From positions 1,568,001 through 1,632,000 of the forward strand of contig CAVXXK010000001.1 of NCBI GenBank assembly GCA_963765675.1: a stretch of DNA of 64,000 nt, given 5' to 3'. The DNA is from an uncultured delta proteobacterium. GTDB lineage: Bacteria > Desulfobacterota > Binatia > Binatales > Binataceae. The translations under genes were made by a program, and so were the position numbers. Positions 20,434 to 31,654 of this stretch are shown piece after piece. The number at the start of each line of letters is the position of its first letter. Within the stretch, counting starts at the first letter, position 1. Below the pieces are notes generated by a model that worked only from the letters and a program-made list of their open reading frames with translations, had not been told where the DNA came from and did not search any database.

Positions 20434-20637
20434 ATGGCACCGGCTTCGGCCGGTGCGGGAATCCACAGGCTAAAGCCTGTGCCATGAGGAATCTCGATCT
20501 TCCGCATCGTTTCTGATTGCCAAGCTGGCCGACGAGCCGTCGGCCACCACTGACAGAAGAACAGCGATTCGCCGGTGAGGACCGGGGGATCGTCCACCCA
20601 TTAGCGAATCGGCGGATACCGACCATTCATGGTCGGT
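20434..20637. repeat. Cluster of REP-like hairpins
   Basis: Hairpins at 20437-20456, 20464-20481, 20526-20546 and 20618-20637; the first two form an inverted doublet. Confidence 0.7.
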
Positions 20638-20662
20638 TGTGGGAACTTGCGGGGTCCGTAAA

Positions 20663-20692
20663 TTGACAGGCCCCCTGCGCGACAGATAGCTT
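20663..20692 (+). promoter_or_regulatory. Candidate sigma-70 promoter of the kdsB-pyrG-kdsA operon
   Basis: TTGACA-N18-TAGCTT. Confidence 0.5.
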
Positions 20693-20732
20693 TGATCGTG
20701 CACCGTTTAATTCCCTACATCGGAGATTCCAT

Positions 20733-21482
20733 CTGCACGACGCATCGGTAATTGCCGTCATCCCGGCGCGTTATGCGTCGACGCGTCTGCCCGCCAAGGC
20801 GTTGGCGGAGATCGACGCGGTGCCGATGATCGTCCGAGTATGGCGGCAAACTGCGATGGCGCGGCAGATCGCGCGCGCGATCGTCGCGACCGACGACGAG
20901 CGGATCGCCTCCGCGGTGCGGGCGGCAGGCGGCGACGCGATCATGACTTCGCCGGCGCATCCGAGCGGCACCGATCGTATCGCTGAGGTTGCCCGGAAAA
21001 TCGAAGCGGACGTCTACATCAACGTGCAGGGCGATCTGCCGTTCATCAGCCCCGCTGATCTCGACGCGCTCGCGGCGCCGATGCGCGCCGACGCTTCGCT
21101 CGCGATGGCAACACTGGCGACGCCGATTACAGGCGCGCATGAGTGGACTAATCCCAACGTCGTGAAGGTGGTGTGCGCGGCCAACGGTGACGCCCTGTAT
21201 TTCTCTCGCGCGCCGATCCCGTTTCCGCGCGATCGCGAGGAGATTCCCGCCGTCGCGATGCGCCATATCGGCGTGTATGCATACCGGCGCGGCTTCCTGT
21301 TGAAGTTTGCCTCGATGGCGCAAGGAGTTCTCGAGCGGATCGAAAAACTCGAGCAGTTGCGGGCGCTCGAAAATGGTCATGCGATTCGCGTGGTCGCCTC
21401 GGTGGCGCCCTCGCTTGAAGTTGACACAGCCGAGGACCTTGCGAGGGCCCGGGCTTTTGCGTCGTCCACACGGCGGACGTAG
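20733..21482 (+). CDS. kdsB: 3-deoxy-manno-octulosonate cytidylyltransferase (probable CTG start)
   Basis: VIPARYASTRLP, HPSGTDRIAEV, NVQGD, LEQLRALENG; the conserved N-terminus lies upstream of the TTG in the ORF track. Confidence 0.92.
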   Translation: MHDASVIAVIPARYASTRLPAKALAEIDAVPMIVRVWRQTAMARQIARAIVATDDERIASAVRAAGGDAIMTSPAHPSGTDRIAEVARKIEADVYINVQGDLPFISPADLDALAAPMRADASLAMATLATPITGAHEWTNPNVVKVVCAANGDALYFSRAPIPFPRDREEIPAVAMRHIGVYAYRRGFLLKFASMAQGVLERIEKLEQLRALENGHAIRVVASVAPSLEVDTAEDLARARAFASSTRRT

Positions 21483-23150
<1,668 letters not shown>

Positions 23151-23154
<4 letters not shown>

Positions 23155-23993
23155 AGGTGACGCCGGTAAAAGTGGGCGACGCGGTGTTCGGTGGCGAGGC
23201 GCTGGTTTTGATCGCGGGACCATGCGTGATCGAAAGCGCCGAGGCATGCATCCGCCACGCAGTGGCGATTTCGGAGATCGCGCGGCGGGCCGGATTTCCG
23301 TACGTGTTCAAAGCCTCGTTCGACAAGGCCAATCGCACCAGCCACAAATCCTTTCGTGGCCCGGGCATCGATGCGGGACTCGAGATTCTGTCGCGCGTGA
23401 AACGCGAGACGGGCGTCGCAATTCTAACCGACATCCACGAGGCTGCGCAGGCGAAACGCGCGGCCGAGGTCGTCGATATTCTCCAGATTCCCGCGTTGCT
23501 CTCGCGCCAGACCGATCTCATTCACGCCGCCGCCGAAACCGGATGCGCCGTGAATATCAAGAAGGGACAGTTTCTGGCGCCTTGGGATATGCGCGCTGCG
23601 CTTGAGAAAGTCACCGAGTGCGGCAATCGGCGTGTGATGCTGACCGAGCGCGGTTTCAGCTTCGGCTACAACAACCTGGTGACCGATCCACGCTCGCTCG
23701 TGATCATGCGCGGCTTCGGCTATCCGGTAATTTTTGACGCGACTCACTCCGCGCAGCTTCCCGGAGCGGGCGAGGGTGGCAAACAGTCCAGCGGCCAGCG
23801 CGAGTTCGTTGCGCCGCTGGCGCGCGCGGCGGTTGCGGTCGGAGTCGACGGCATTTTCATGGAGGTGCACGAGGATCCCGATCGCGCGCTCAGCGACGGT
23901 CCTAACTCCTATCGCCTCGACGAGCTCGCCACCCTGCTCGGTGATCTGAAACGGATCGATCAATGCGCGCGTGAGGCCGCCTCGCGCAATTGA
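23151..23993 (+). CDS. kdsA: KDO 8-phosphate synthase
   Basis: IAGPCVIES, KASFDKANRTS, NIKKGQF, IFDATHS; GTGA overlap with pyrG. Confidence 0.95.
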
Positions 23994-24120
23994 GGCTGGC
24001 TCCGATCACGTAGCGGCGTGCATAGCAAGACGCGTCTAACGGTGCCGTGAGGGCATTCAAACAGAGCTTTGGTTTACTTGAAAAAACCTGCTTGATACCT
24101 TGAACCTACGGGTATGATCG

Positions 24121-24723
24121 ATGAGTTTGAAGCTTATCGCCAAGGCACTTGCGGCGTTCGGTGCGGCCGCAATCGTAGTGCTTCTGGCAGTTACCATTTA
24201 CGTCGTGCGGCATCGCGAGGACGCGCAGGCGCTCACTAAAGTCGCCAGCGTGCTGCCCGACTCACTTCTCCACGCGAAGAATTTCCATTGGACCCAGATG
24301 AAGGGCAGCGAAATGCAATGGGTCCTCTCGGCGTCCGACGCGAGCTACTCCGCCGATCGCACCGGCGTCAAGCTTGTCAACGCGAACCTGGCGATGACCT
24401 CGAGTGACGGCAAGGAAGTTCACGTCACTGCCCCGCAGGCGCTGCTGTACATGGACGGGAATCATATCCATCGCGCGGACCTTAGCGGCGGTGCTGTGCT
24501 TCGCTACGGTGATTTCGTCCTGAGTACCGATGCGGTGAGCTTCGATCCCGACGCGGATACGGTCAACGCCAGTGGCTTGGTAACGGTCGAAGGAGAGGGC
24601 GTGAAAGTCACCGGAATTGGACTAACCGGCAGCCCCAAGACGCGAGTCTTCCAGTTGCATCAGCAGGTACGGACCGAGATTCAGCCGAAAAAGGACAGCG
24701 GTGCGAAGATCAAGAAGAGCTGA
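24121..24723 (+). CDS. lptC: LPS export protein LptC
   Basis: N-terminal TM helix plus beta-rich domain; lies between kdsA and the LptA-like gene. Confidence 0.7.
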   Translation: MSLKLIAKALAAFGAAAIVVLLAVTIYVVRHREDAQALTKVASVLPDSLLHAKNFHWTQMKGSEMQWVLSASDASYSADRTGVKLVNANLAMTSSDGKEVHVTAPQALLYMDGNHIHRADLSGGAVLRYGDFVLSTDAVSFDPDADTVNASGLVTVEGEGVKVTGIGLTGSPKTRVFQLHQQVRTEIQPKKDSGAKIKKS

Positions 24724-24745
24724 ACGCTCGCCCCGTCCGGCGCGG

Positions 24746-26089
24746 ATGTTCTGCGCCGCGGCGATTGCGGCGATCGCAATCGCGCTTGCTCCGTCGGCGT
24801 TCGCTCAGAGCGGCGGAGACTCCGGCGGCGCGCTCGGCGATTCGATTCGCGCCGGGAGCGGCGGTGCGCCATCGGCTCCGGCTGCTGCGGCGTCAGTTGC
24901 GCCCGACGTGGTTGATCAATTCAATTCCAACGGCGATTCGATCACGGTGGTCGGCGGTGCTCCCGACGCGGCTGCTTCACCCGCTGCGGATAGCGGCGCC
25001 GCTCCCGCGGTTGTGAGCGCACCTCCCGCGCAAGCCGCTCCGTCAGTTGCTGCGGCACCTTCTCCAGAGGCCGCGCCGTCTTTCGCAGCCGCACCTTCTC
25101 CAGAAGCTGCGCCATCGTTTGCTGCCGCAGCCTCTCCGGAGGCTGCACCCTCGGTTGCAAACGCGCCGGCCGCCGAGTCCTCACCGTCATTCGCTGCTGC
25201 GCCATCGCCGGAGGCTGCCCCTTCATTCGCTGCCGCACCATCGCCGGAAGCTGCGCCGTCGTTTGCAGCGGCACCCTCTCCTGAAGCAGCGCCATCTGTG
25301 GCAGCCGTATCGGTGCCGGAAGCTGCGCCTCCGGTTGCGAGCGCTCCCGTAGCTGACGCGTTTCCAACCGCCAGTATGCCGCCACCAGCGATCGTGAGCT
25401 CGCCCGCCGCCGAGGCATCGATCGCGGCAGTTCCGGCCGCAGAGCCCTCGACCAGCCTGGTCCCTGCAACTCCGGAGGCAGCCGTGACGCCTGCGGCGGC
25501 ATTCGCGGCGACGCCGGCAATCTCCGCAGTGGCGAGCGCGCCGAAGCCGCGCGCCGCGAAAAAAGAAAAAGAAGCGACTCAAGTCGCGTCGGCGGGTCCG
25601 TCAAATGGGCAGGATCAGGGCGGCGCTTTTGGCGGGCTTCAGTTCTCGAACAACAAGTCGCCGATCAATATCACCTCCGACACGATGGCGCTTGATTACA
25701 AAGGCAACTCGGTTCTGTTTACCGGCCATGTAAATGCCGTCCAGGCAACTGGCCATCTGACAAGCGATCGGTTGCGCGTGAATTACGGACAGGGTTTCAA
25801 AGACGTGCGAGAAATGATCGCCGACGGCAACGTGCGTATCAGCCAGGACACGCGCTGGGCCACCGGCGACCATGCGGTGCTGGATCAGACCAAACACACG
25901 GTGGTGCTCACTGGCAGCCCGGTCGTGCACGACGGCACCGATCAGATTACAGGGCGGCGGATAACGGTTTATCTCGACACGGGCAAGAGCGTGGTCGAGG
26001 GCGCGAGCGCCGTGATTTTCCCGAAATCGTCGTCGCCGGGCCAGACACAGGCTGAAAATTCCGGGGGCAACGCAGCCCACACGCCGTGA
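24746..26089 (+). CDS. lptA: LptA/OstA-family protein with long repetitive N-terminal extension
   Basis: C-terminal PINITSD...FTGHVNAVQ...ADGNVRI...VVLTGSP...ITGRRI; signal peptide; start may be 24701 or 24746. Confidence 0.8.
   Translation: MFCAAAIAAIAIALAPSAFAQSGGDSGGALGDSIRAGSGGAPSAPAAAASVAPDVVDQFNSNGDSITVVGGAPDAAASPAADSGAAPAVVSAPPAQAAPSVAAAPSPEAAPSFAAAPSPEAAPSFAAAASPEAAPSVANAPAAESSPSFAAAPSPEAAPSFAAAPSPEAAPSFAAAPSPEAAPSVAAVSVPEAAPPVASAPVADAFPTASMPPPAIVSSPAAEASIAAVPAAEPSTSLVPATPEAAVTPAAAFAATPAISAVASAPKPRAAKKEKEATQVASAGPSNGQDQGGAFGGLQFSNNKSPINITSDTMALDYKGNSVLFTGHVNAVQATGHLTSDRLRVNYGQGFKDVREMIADGNVRISQDTRWATGDHAVLDQTKHTVVLTGSPVVHDGTDQITGRRITVYLDTGKSVVEGASAVIFPKSSSPGQTQAENSGGNAAHTP
25034..25348 (+). 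repeat. Intragenic 36-bp (12-aa) tandem repeat, about 8.5 copies
   Basis: AAPS[FV]AAAPSPE units with many synonymous differences. Confidence 0.88.
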
Positions 26090-26102
26090 TATTGTTGAGT
26101 CA

Positions 26103-27665
26103 ATGGCGCTCGAGGTAAAGCTCGGACAGAATCTGCAGCTCCGCCAGCAACTGGTGATGACCCCCCAGTTGCAGCAGGCGATCAAGATTCTGCAACTCTC
26201 GCTCCCGGAACTTGAAACGATCGTGCAATCGGAACTCGAGCAGAATCCGATGCTCGAGCCGCTCGATCAGAGCCCGGCCGAAGCCGCCGGCGACACCCCG
26301 ATACCCGACGAAGACAGCGTTCCGCCCGAGCCCGATCGTGCGGAGGCCGAAGTCTCGCCCCCCGGCGACGAGCCAATCGACGACTGGGAGCCGGGTGCGG
26401 GCGCTCCTGAAGAGCCGATCCGGCCACTCGAGACCGAATCGCACGACGCCGCGATCGAGATGCGCGACAACGACGGACTCGAAAAGCTCGACTGGCGCGA
26501 ATACCTGGAGACCTACTCGAACAACTGGCAGGAAAGCGCGCCGCCCGACAACGACGACGACCATCGCAGCGCCCTCGAAAACACCGCCCTGCGCCGCGGA
26601 TCGATCGAAGACCATCTGATGTGGCAGCTTCGGATGTCCAACCTCTCCGAGCCCGACCAGCTAATCGGCGCCACGATCATCTACAACCTGAACGACGACG
26701 GCTATCTCGAAACCCCTCTCGAGGAGCTGGCCACGCAGCTCGAAACCACCGCTGCTGAGGTCGAGCGTGTACTGAAAGGCGTGCAGCGTTTCGATCCGCC
26801 GGGGGTAGCGGCGCGCAATCTCCGCGAATCCCTGCTCATCCAGCTCGCGAACCTGGGCATGGAGGATTCGCTGTCCGCAAAGATGGTCAGCGAGCATCTC
26901 GATCTGCTGGAAAAGCATCGCTACGGCGAAATCGCCAAGCAGCTCGGCGTCACAGTCGAGATGATCGGGCAGGCGCACAAGATTATCGCGCTGCTCGAAC
27001 CCAAGCCGGGGCGCGACTACGGCGGCGCGGAACCGACCTACGTCGTCCCCGACGTATATATCCACAAGCTCGGCGAAGACTACATGGTGACGCTAAATCG
27101 CGATGCGGTTCCGCGCCTGCGGATCGCAGGCTACTACCAGCGCGTGATGAACGACGTCAATTCGGCGCCGGAAACGCGCGAGTACCTGCAGGAGCGGCTG
27201 CGCTCGGCCAAGTGGCTGGTCAAGTCGATCTACCAGCGCCAGCAAACCATCTTCAAGGTCGCCAACTCGATCGTGAAGTTCCAGCGCGCATTCTTCGATC
27301 ACGGGGTTAGTCATCTAAAGCCCCTGGTGCTGAAGGACGTGGCCGAAGATATCGGGATGCACGAGTCGACCATCAGCAGGGCCACCGCGAACAAATATGC
27401 GCATACGCCGCAAGGCATCTTCGAGCTCAAGTTTTTCTTCACCTCGGGGGTCAAGGGTTCCTCCGGAGAAGACGTCAGCGCCGAAACTGTGAAGGAGAAA
27501 ATTCGCGAACTGGTCTCCGCCGAGGAACCGAATAATCCGCTTTCGGACCAGGCGATTGCCGAGATGCTGCGCGTGCGCCAGATCAATATCGCGCGGCGCA
27601 CGGTTGCCAAGTACCGGCAGGCGCTCGGAATCCTGCCCTCGGCGAACCGCAAACAGGTCGGATGA
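26103..27665 (+). CDS. rpoN: RNA polymerase sigma-54 factor
   Basis: MTPQLQQAIKILQ, HESTISRAT, RpoN box ARRTVAKYR. Confidence 0.97.
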   Translation: MALEVKLGQNLQLRQQLVMTPQLQQAIKILQLSLPELETIVQSELEQNPMLEPLDQSPAEAAGDTPIPDEDSVPPEPDRAEAEVSPPGDEPIDDWEPGAGAPEEPIRPLETESHDAAIEMRDNDGLEKLDWREYLETYSNNWQESAPPDNDDDHRSALENTALRRGSIEDHLMWQLRMSNLSEPDQLIGATIIYNLNDDGYLETPLEELATQLETTAAEVERVLKGVQRFDPPGVAARNLRESLLIQLANLGMEDSLSAKMVSEHLDLLEKHRYGEIAKQLGVTVEMIGQAHKIIALLEPKPGRDYGGAEPTYVVPDVYIHKLGEDYMVTLNRDAVPRLRIAGYYQRVMNDVNSAPETREYLQERLRSAKWLVKSIYQRQQTIFKVANSIVKFQRAFFDHGVSHLKPLVLKDVAEDIGMHESTISRATANKYAHTPQGIFELKFFFTSGVKGSSGEDVSAETVKEKIRELVSAEEPNNPLSDQAIAEMLRVRQINIARRTVAKYRQALGILPSANRKQVG

Positions 27666-28123
27666 AAACTTCCGCCCAAACGCGAGGCCGTATGCAAGAT
27701 AAACAAACCCAAGGAAAGCGCAGCCGTGCCGCAGTTCGGAAAACCCGGCGTACCGCCCGAATTGGCAGAGCTGTACCGACGACCGTAACTGTGACCTTTC
27801 GTCACGTCGAACCCACCGATGCGCTCAGGCTCTATGCCGAACGCAAGCTGGCTCATCTCGGAAAATACGCCAAGCAGGCCTGCGCCGCGCATCTAATCCT
27901 GTCGGTTGACAAATATCGCCAGCACGGTGAAGTTACTGTCCAATCGGGGCGTATCTCCGTGACCGCCGAGCAGGAATCGAAGGATCTTTACTCGGTAATC
28001 GATCAGCTCGCGGACATCGCGGGGCGCCAGTTGAAGCGGCATATCGAAAAAAATACCGCGCGCAAAGTGCGTTCGCCCTCGACCGGCGAGGTCTTGAGCG
28101 CGGCCGAAGAGATAAAACCCTAG
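27662..28123 (+). CDS. hpf: Ribosome hibernation promoting factor HPF/RaiA with basic N-terminal extension
   Basis: VTFRHVEPTDALRLYAERKL, DLYSVID...RQLKR; follows rpoN. Confidence 0.85.
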   Translation: MKTSAQTRGRMQDKQTQGKRSRAAVRKTRRTARIGRAVPTTVTVTFRHVEPTDALRLYAERKLAHLGKYAKQACAAHLILSVDKYRQHGEVTVQSGRISVTAEQESKDLYSVIDQLADIAGRQLKRHIEKNTARKVRSPSTGEVLSAAEEIKP

Positions 28124-28211
28124 GCGAGCGTAACCGCCGGCCGCGCATGAGGATCATTTCGCCGGAAAAGTCTGTCGATAGGAAGATTCGCTCCAAGAAA
28201 AAGACATCCTG

Positions 28212-28673
28212 ATGAAGATCACCGAAATTCTGAGCTCCGAGATGGTTCTGCCCGACCTTAAGGGAAACACCAAACCCGAAGTGCTGGGCGAGTTGGCGGC
28301 GGCGCTCTCCGCACAGTACTCGGAGATCAAACTGGCCGACCTGACTGCCGTGCTGCTCGAGCGCGAACGGCTGGGCTCGACCGCGATCGGCGACGGAATC
28401 GCGATCCCGCACGGCAAACTTCCGCGGGTCACGAAAATCCTGGGCGCCTTCGGGCGGCATCGCGCTGGGGTCGACTTCGAATCGCTCGACGGGAATCCAA
28501 CCCAGTTGTTTTTCGTGCTGGTCGCACCCGAAGACTCGGCGAGCCTGCACTTAAAAGCGCTGGCGCGGGTTTCGCGTCTGCTCAAGGACGATACCTTCCG
28601 CACCCATCTGATTTCGGCGGCCGGCGCGGCCGAGATCTTCAAATTGATTCGGGACGAGGACGCGAAGTACTGA
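28212..28673 (+). CDS. ptsN: PTS IIA (Ntr-type) protein
   Basis: RERLGSTAIGDGIAIPHGK, HLKALARVSRLL. Confidence 0.9.
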   Translation: MKITEILSSEMVLPDLKGNTKPEVLGELAAALSAQYSEIKLADLTAVLLERERLGSTAIGDGIAIPHGKLPRVTKILGAFGRHRAGVDFESLDGNPTQLFFVLVAPEDSASLHLKALARVSRLLKDDTFRTHLISAAGAAEIFKLIRDEDAKY

Positions 28674-28713
28674 CCCGAGCGCGTAAGTTTGCCCCGCGCC
28701 CGGTCGGAGCACG

Positions 28714-29595
28714 ATGGCGCAAAACCCATCTGGAAAACCGCGGCTAATCATCGTAACCGGAGTCTCGGGTTCTGGGCGCGCGTCCGCGATGCGCGTGCTC
28801 GAGGACTTGGATTTCTATTGCGTCGACAATCTGCCGGTTGCGCTCGTGCCGGAAGTGCTGCGTCTGGCCGCGGGACTCGACCCGAGCCTGGCTGGAGTGG
28901 CGCTCGGAATCGACGCGCGCGAGCGGCTGTTCTTTCCGCAGTGGCCGCGCGTGTTCTCCGAACTGGAAGCCGAGGGCGTGCATCCCGAGATTATTTTTCT
29001 CGACGCCTCCGACGAGGTGCTCGCGCGACGCTATTCCGAATCGCGCCGGCCGCATCCGCTGGCCGAGAGCGGCTCGACCGTCGCCGAGAGTATCGGGCGC
29101 GAGCGCCTCGCACTGGCCGAGATGCGCGATCGCTCGAGCCGGGTTATCGATACCACCACGCTCACGGTGCACGAACTGCGCGAAGTCGTGATGGCGATGG
29201 TGCTGGGCGCGGCGGCGGGCTCGCGAATGGCGATCTCGATCGTCTCGTTCGGTTACAAATACGGAGCGCCGGTCGGAATGGATATCATCCTCGACGTGCG
29301 CTTCATTCCGAATCCGTTTTTTGTGCCGGAGCTGCGCCCGCTCGATGGGACCGACCCGCGCGTTCGCGACTACGTGATGGCGCAAGCGGACGCGCAAAAG
29401 TTTATCGACGAGACCGCGCGCCTGCTCGACTTCCTGATTCCGCTCTACCGGCGCGAGGGCAAGAGCTATCTGACCGTGGCCCTGGGATGCACCGGCGGGC
29501 GGCATCGCTCGCCCGTGCTCGCCCGCGCAATCGCAGAGCGCCTGCGCCAAAACGGATTCGATGCGACCGTCCGCGACGCGCATATCGCGCGATAG
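28714..29595 (+). CDS. rapZ: RNase adapter RapZ
   Basis: TGVSGSG, CVDNLP, SFGYKYG, DVRFIPNP, GCTGGRHRS. Confidence 0.95.
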   Translation: MAQNPSGKPRLIIVTGVSGSGRASAMRVLEDLDFYCVDNLPVALVPEVLRLAAGLDPSLAGVALGIDARERLFFPQWPRVFSELEAEGVHPEIIFLDASDEVLARRYSESRRPHPLAESGSTVAESIGRERLALAEMRDRSSRVIDTTTLTVHELREVVMAMVLGAAAGSRMAISIVSFGYKYGAPVGMDIILDVRFIPNPFFVPELRPLDGTDPRVRDYVMAQADAQKFIDETARLLDFLIPLYRREGKSYLTVALGCTGGRHRSPVLARAIAERLRQNGFDATVRDAHIAR

Positions 29596-29607
29596 ATCCC
29601 GCGAGCG

Positions 29608-30393
29608 CTAGTTCATTATCGAGCCGGCATCGACGTTGAGCGTCTGCCCGGTCATTCCTGCGGCGGCGTCGGTCACCAGGAAGAGCGAGACGCGGGCTAC
29701 TTCCGCTTCGGTCGCCATCCTGTTCATCGCGGCTTGCGACAGGAACTGTCCGCGCACCTGCTCGTAGGGAACCTTGAGCGCTTCGGCGCGCGCGCGCATC
29801 ACGCGTTCGATCCGCTCGCCCTCGATCGCGCCCGGGCAGATACAGTTGCATCGGATTCCGCGCGCACCCCATTCCGCCGCGACGGTTTGCGTCAGTCCGA
29901 TCATTGCCCATTTCGCCGCCGCGTACGGCGAGCGCATCGGATAGCCGCGGCGTCCCGCACCCGACGAGATGTTGAGGATATTGCCGCCGCGCTGCGTGTC
30001 CATCGTGGGCAACACCGCGCGGGTCGCTAGCCACGTGCCGGTCAGGTCGATATCGATGGTTTCCTGCCATTCCGCTAGCGACATATCGGTGATGCGCTTG
30101 GTCGGCCCGGAGATGCCTGCATTATTAACCAGGATATCGATTCGTCCGCCGAACGCCTTGCGAGTTTCGTCAGCCATTCTGGCGCAGTGCGCTTCTTTGG
30201 AGACATCGGTCTCGACGAAGTTAGCGGCTGCGCCGAGTTTCTTTAGCGCCTCGACGGTGTCCTGCATCGGCTTTAGTGACCGCGCGGCGATCATGATCTT
30301 CGCTCCGGCTCGTGCGTATGCGAGCGCGATCTCCTTGCCGATCCCGTAACCGCCGCCGGTGATGATCGCGACCTTGTCTTTGAGTTCGTTCAT
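29608..30393 (-). CDS. Short-chain dehydrogenase/reductase
   Basis: TGGGYGIG, NNAG, YAAAK. Confidence 0.93.
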   Translation of the reverse strand: MNELKDKVAIITGGGYGIGKEIALAYARAGAKIMIAARSLKPMQDTVEALKKLGAAANFVETDVSKEAHCARMADETRKAFGGRIDILVNNAGISGPTKRITDMSLAEWQETIDIDLTGTWLATRAVLPTMDTQRGGNILNISSGAGRRGYPMRSPYAAAKWAMIGLTQTVAAEWGARGIRCNCICPGAIEGERIERVMRARAEALKVPYEQVRGQFLSQAAMNRMATEAEVARVSLFLVTDAAAGMTGQTLNVDAGSIMN

Positions 30394-30547
30394 GGCGCTC
30401 CTCGATTGAATTGCTGATTGTTTTGCGGAATTTTTACGAGTTTAATTCGATCCGCGCCGCGCGACAACGATCGCGATACTACCGCGTGGCGCCGCATGTT
30501 CGCGCTTGTCTCAGCGCCGCAGCGCCTCGTATCATAGGCCTTACTTG

Positions 30548-31258
30548 ATGGCAGCAGTAAGCCCGATCGGAAATCCCTCGCAGAAGCCCAGCGGCCCAAG
30601 CTCGCTGTGGCTCAATCTCGTCAAGATCGCGATCCTCGTGATCCTGGTCGGCGGATCGGTGTGGCTGCTGCTCGAGCACATGGAATGGTTCCGCGATCCG
30701 GCGCAGATCAAGGTCGAGGTTCTGCAAACCGGCGTCTGGGCGCCGATCGTGTACATGCTGCTGTACGCGGTAGGGCCGTCGTTCCTTGTGCCGGGCGCGG
30801 TGATGACGATTGCGGGCGGGCTCGCGTTCGGAACCGCGTGGGGCTCTGTCTATTCACTGATCGGCGCCGACGTGGGCGCGGTGGTCGCGTTCGGTGCGGG
30901 TCGATTTCTGGGACGCTCGTTCGTCGAAAAATTTGTCGGCGACAGGTTTCAGACCACACTCGAGAAAATCGCGCGCAATGGTTTTCAGATCATCCTGTAC
31001 CTGCGGATCGTCCCGGTGATTCCGTACAACGCGCTCAACCTGATCGCGGGCGCCTCGCCGATCACTTTCAGGGATTACTTCTGGGCCAGCATGATCGGGA
31101 TGGTTCCGGGCACGATCCTGTTCGCGTTCCTGGGCGACGCGCTATGGCATCCACTGTCCTGGCGCTTTGTGCTGGCGCTCGCGCTGATCGCGGCGTCGGT
31201 AGGATGCGGCGAGCTCTGGCGGCGATGGTCGCAGAATAGAATCGCGCCGATAATTTAA
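30548..31258 (+). CDS. TVP38/TMEM64 (DedA-superfamily) membrane protein
   Basis: PGAVMTIAGGLAFG, LRIVPVIPYNALN. Confidence 0.88.
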   Translation: MAAVSPIGNPSQKPSGPSSLWLNLVKIAILVILVGGSVWLLLEHMEWFRDPAQIKVEVLQTGVWAPIVYMLLYAVGPSFLVPGAVMTIAGGLAFGTAWGSVYSLIGADVGAVVAFGAGRFLGRSFVEKFVGDRFQTTLEKIARNGFQIILYLRIVPVIPYNALNLIAGASPITFRDYFWASMIGMVPGTILFAFLGDALWHPLSWRFVLALALIAASVGCGELWRRWSQNRIAPII

Positions 31259-31280
31259 GAAGCGCGCTTAGCCTCGCGGC

Positions 31281-31448
31281 TTATCGGCACATTCCATCTG
31301 GCTGAAGGGTTGAACCCGCGGGGCACGAGGTGGTGGTCGTCGTTGTGGTCTGCTGCGAGGTTTGCGGCTCGGTTTCGAAAACTCCACATCCCGCCAGCAG
31401 GGTTGCCGCGAGAATCAACGCGCTAAGTAGTTTAATTTTGTCTCTCAC
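31281..31448 (-). CDS. Small lipoprotein with Thr-rich stretch
   Basis: GTG start, LLAGC lipobox, TTTTTTT, CPAG...GMC. Confidence 0.65.
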   Translation of the reverse strand: MRDKIKLLSALILAATLLAGCGVFETEPQTSQQTTTTTTTSCPAGSTLQPDGMCR

Positions 31449-31654
31449 GATCAACCTCTCGAGCTTGTTTGAGCTCTCGCCCGCTTCGGGCAACGCCCGC
31501 AGCGCAAAGCGCGCCGCTCTTTGACTTCTATCGCCTTCCCGAGATCGGTTGAATCAAGAACAGCGACAAAGCCTCGGTCCGGTTCTCCAGAGAACAGCAG
31601 GTGCGGTTATACTTGCCCGGCGAGAACTCTGCTGCGCCTCCACCGACGAGAGGA

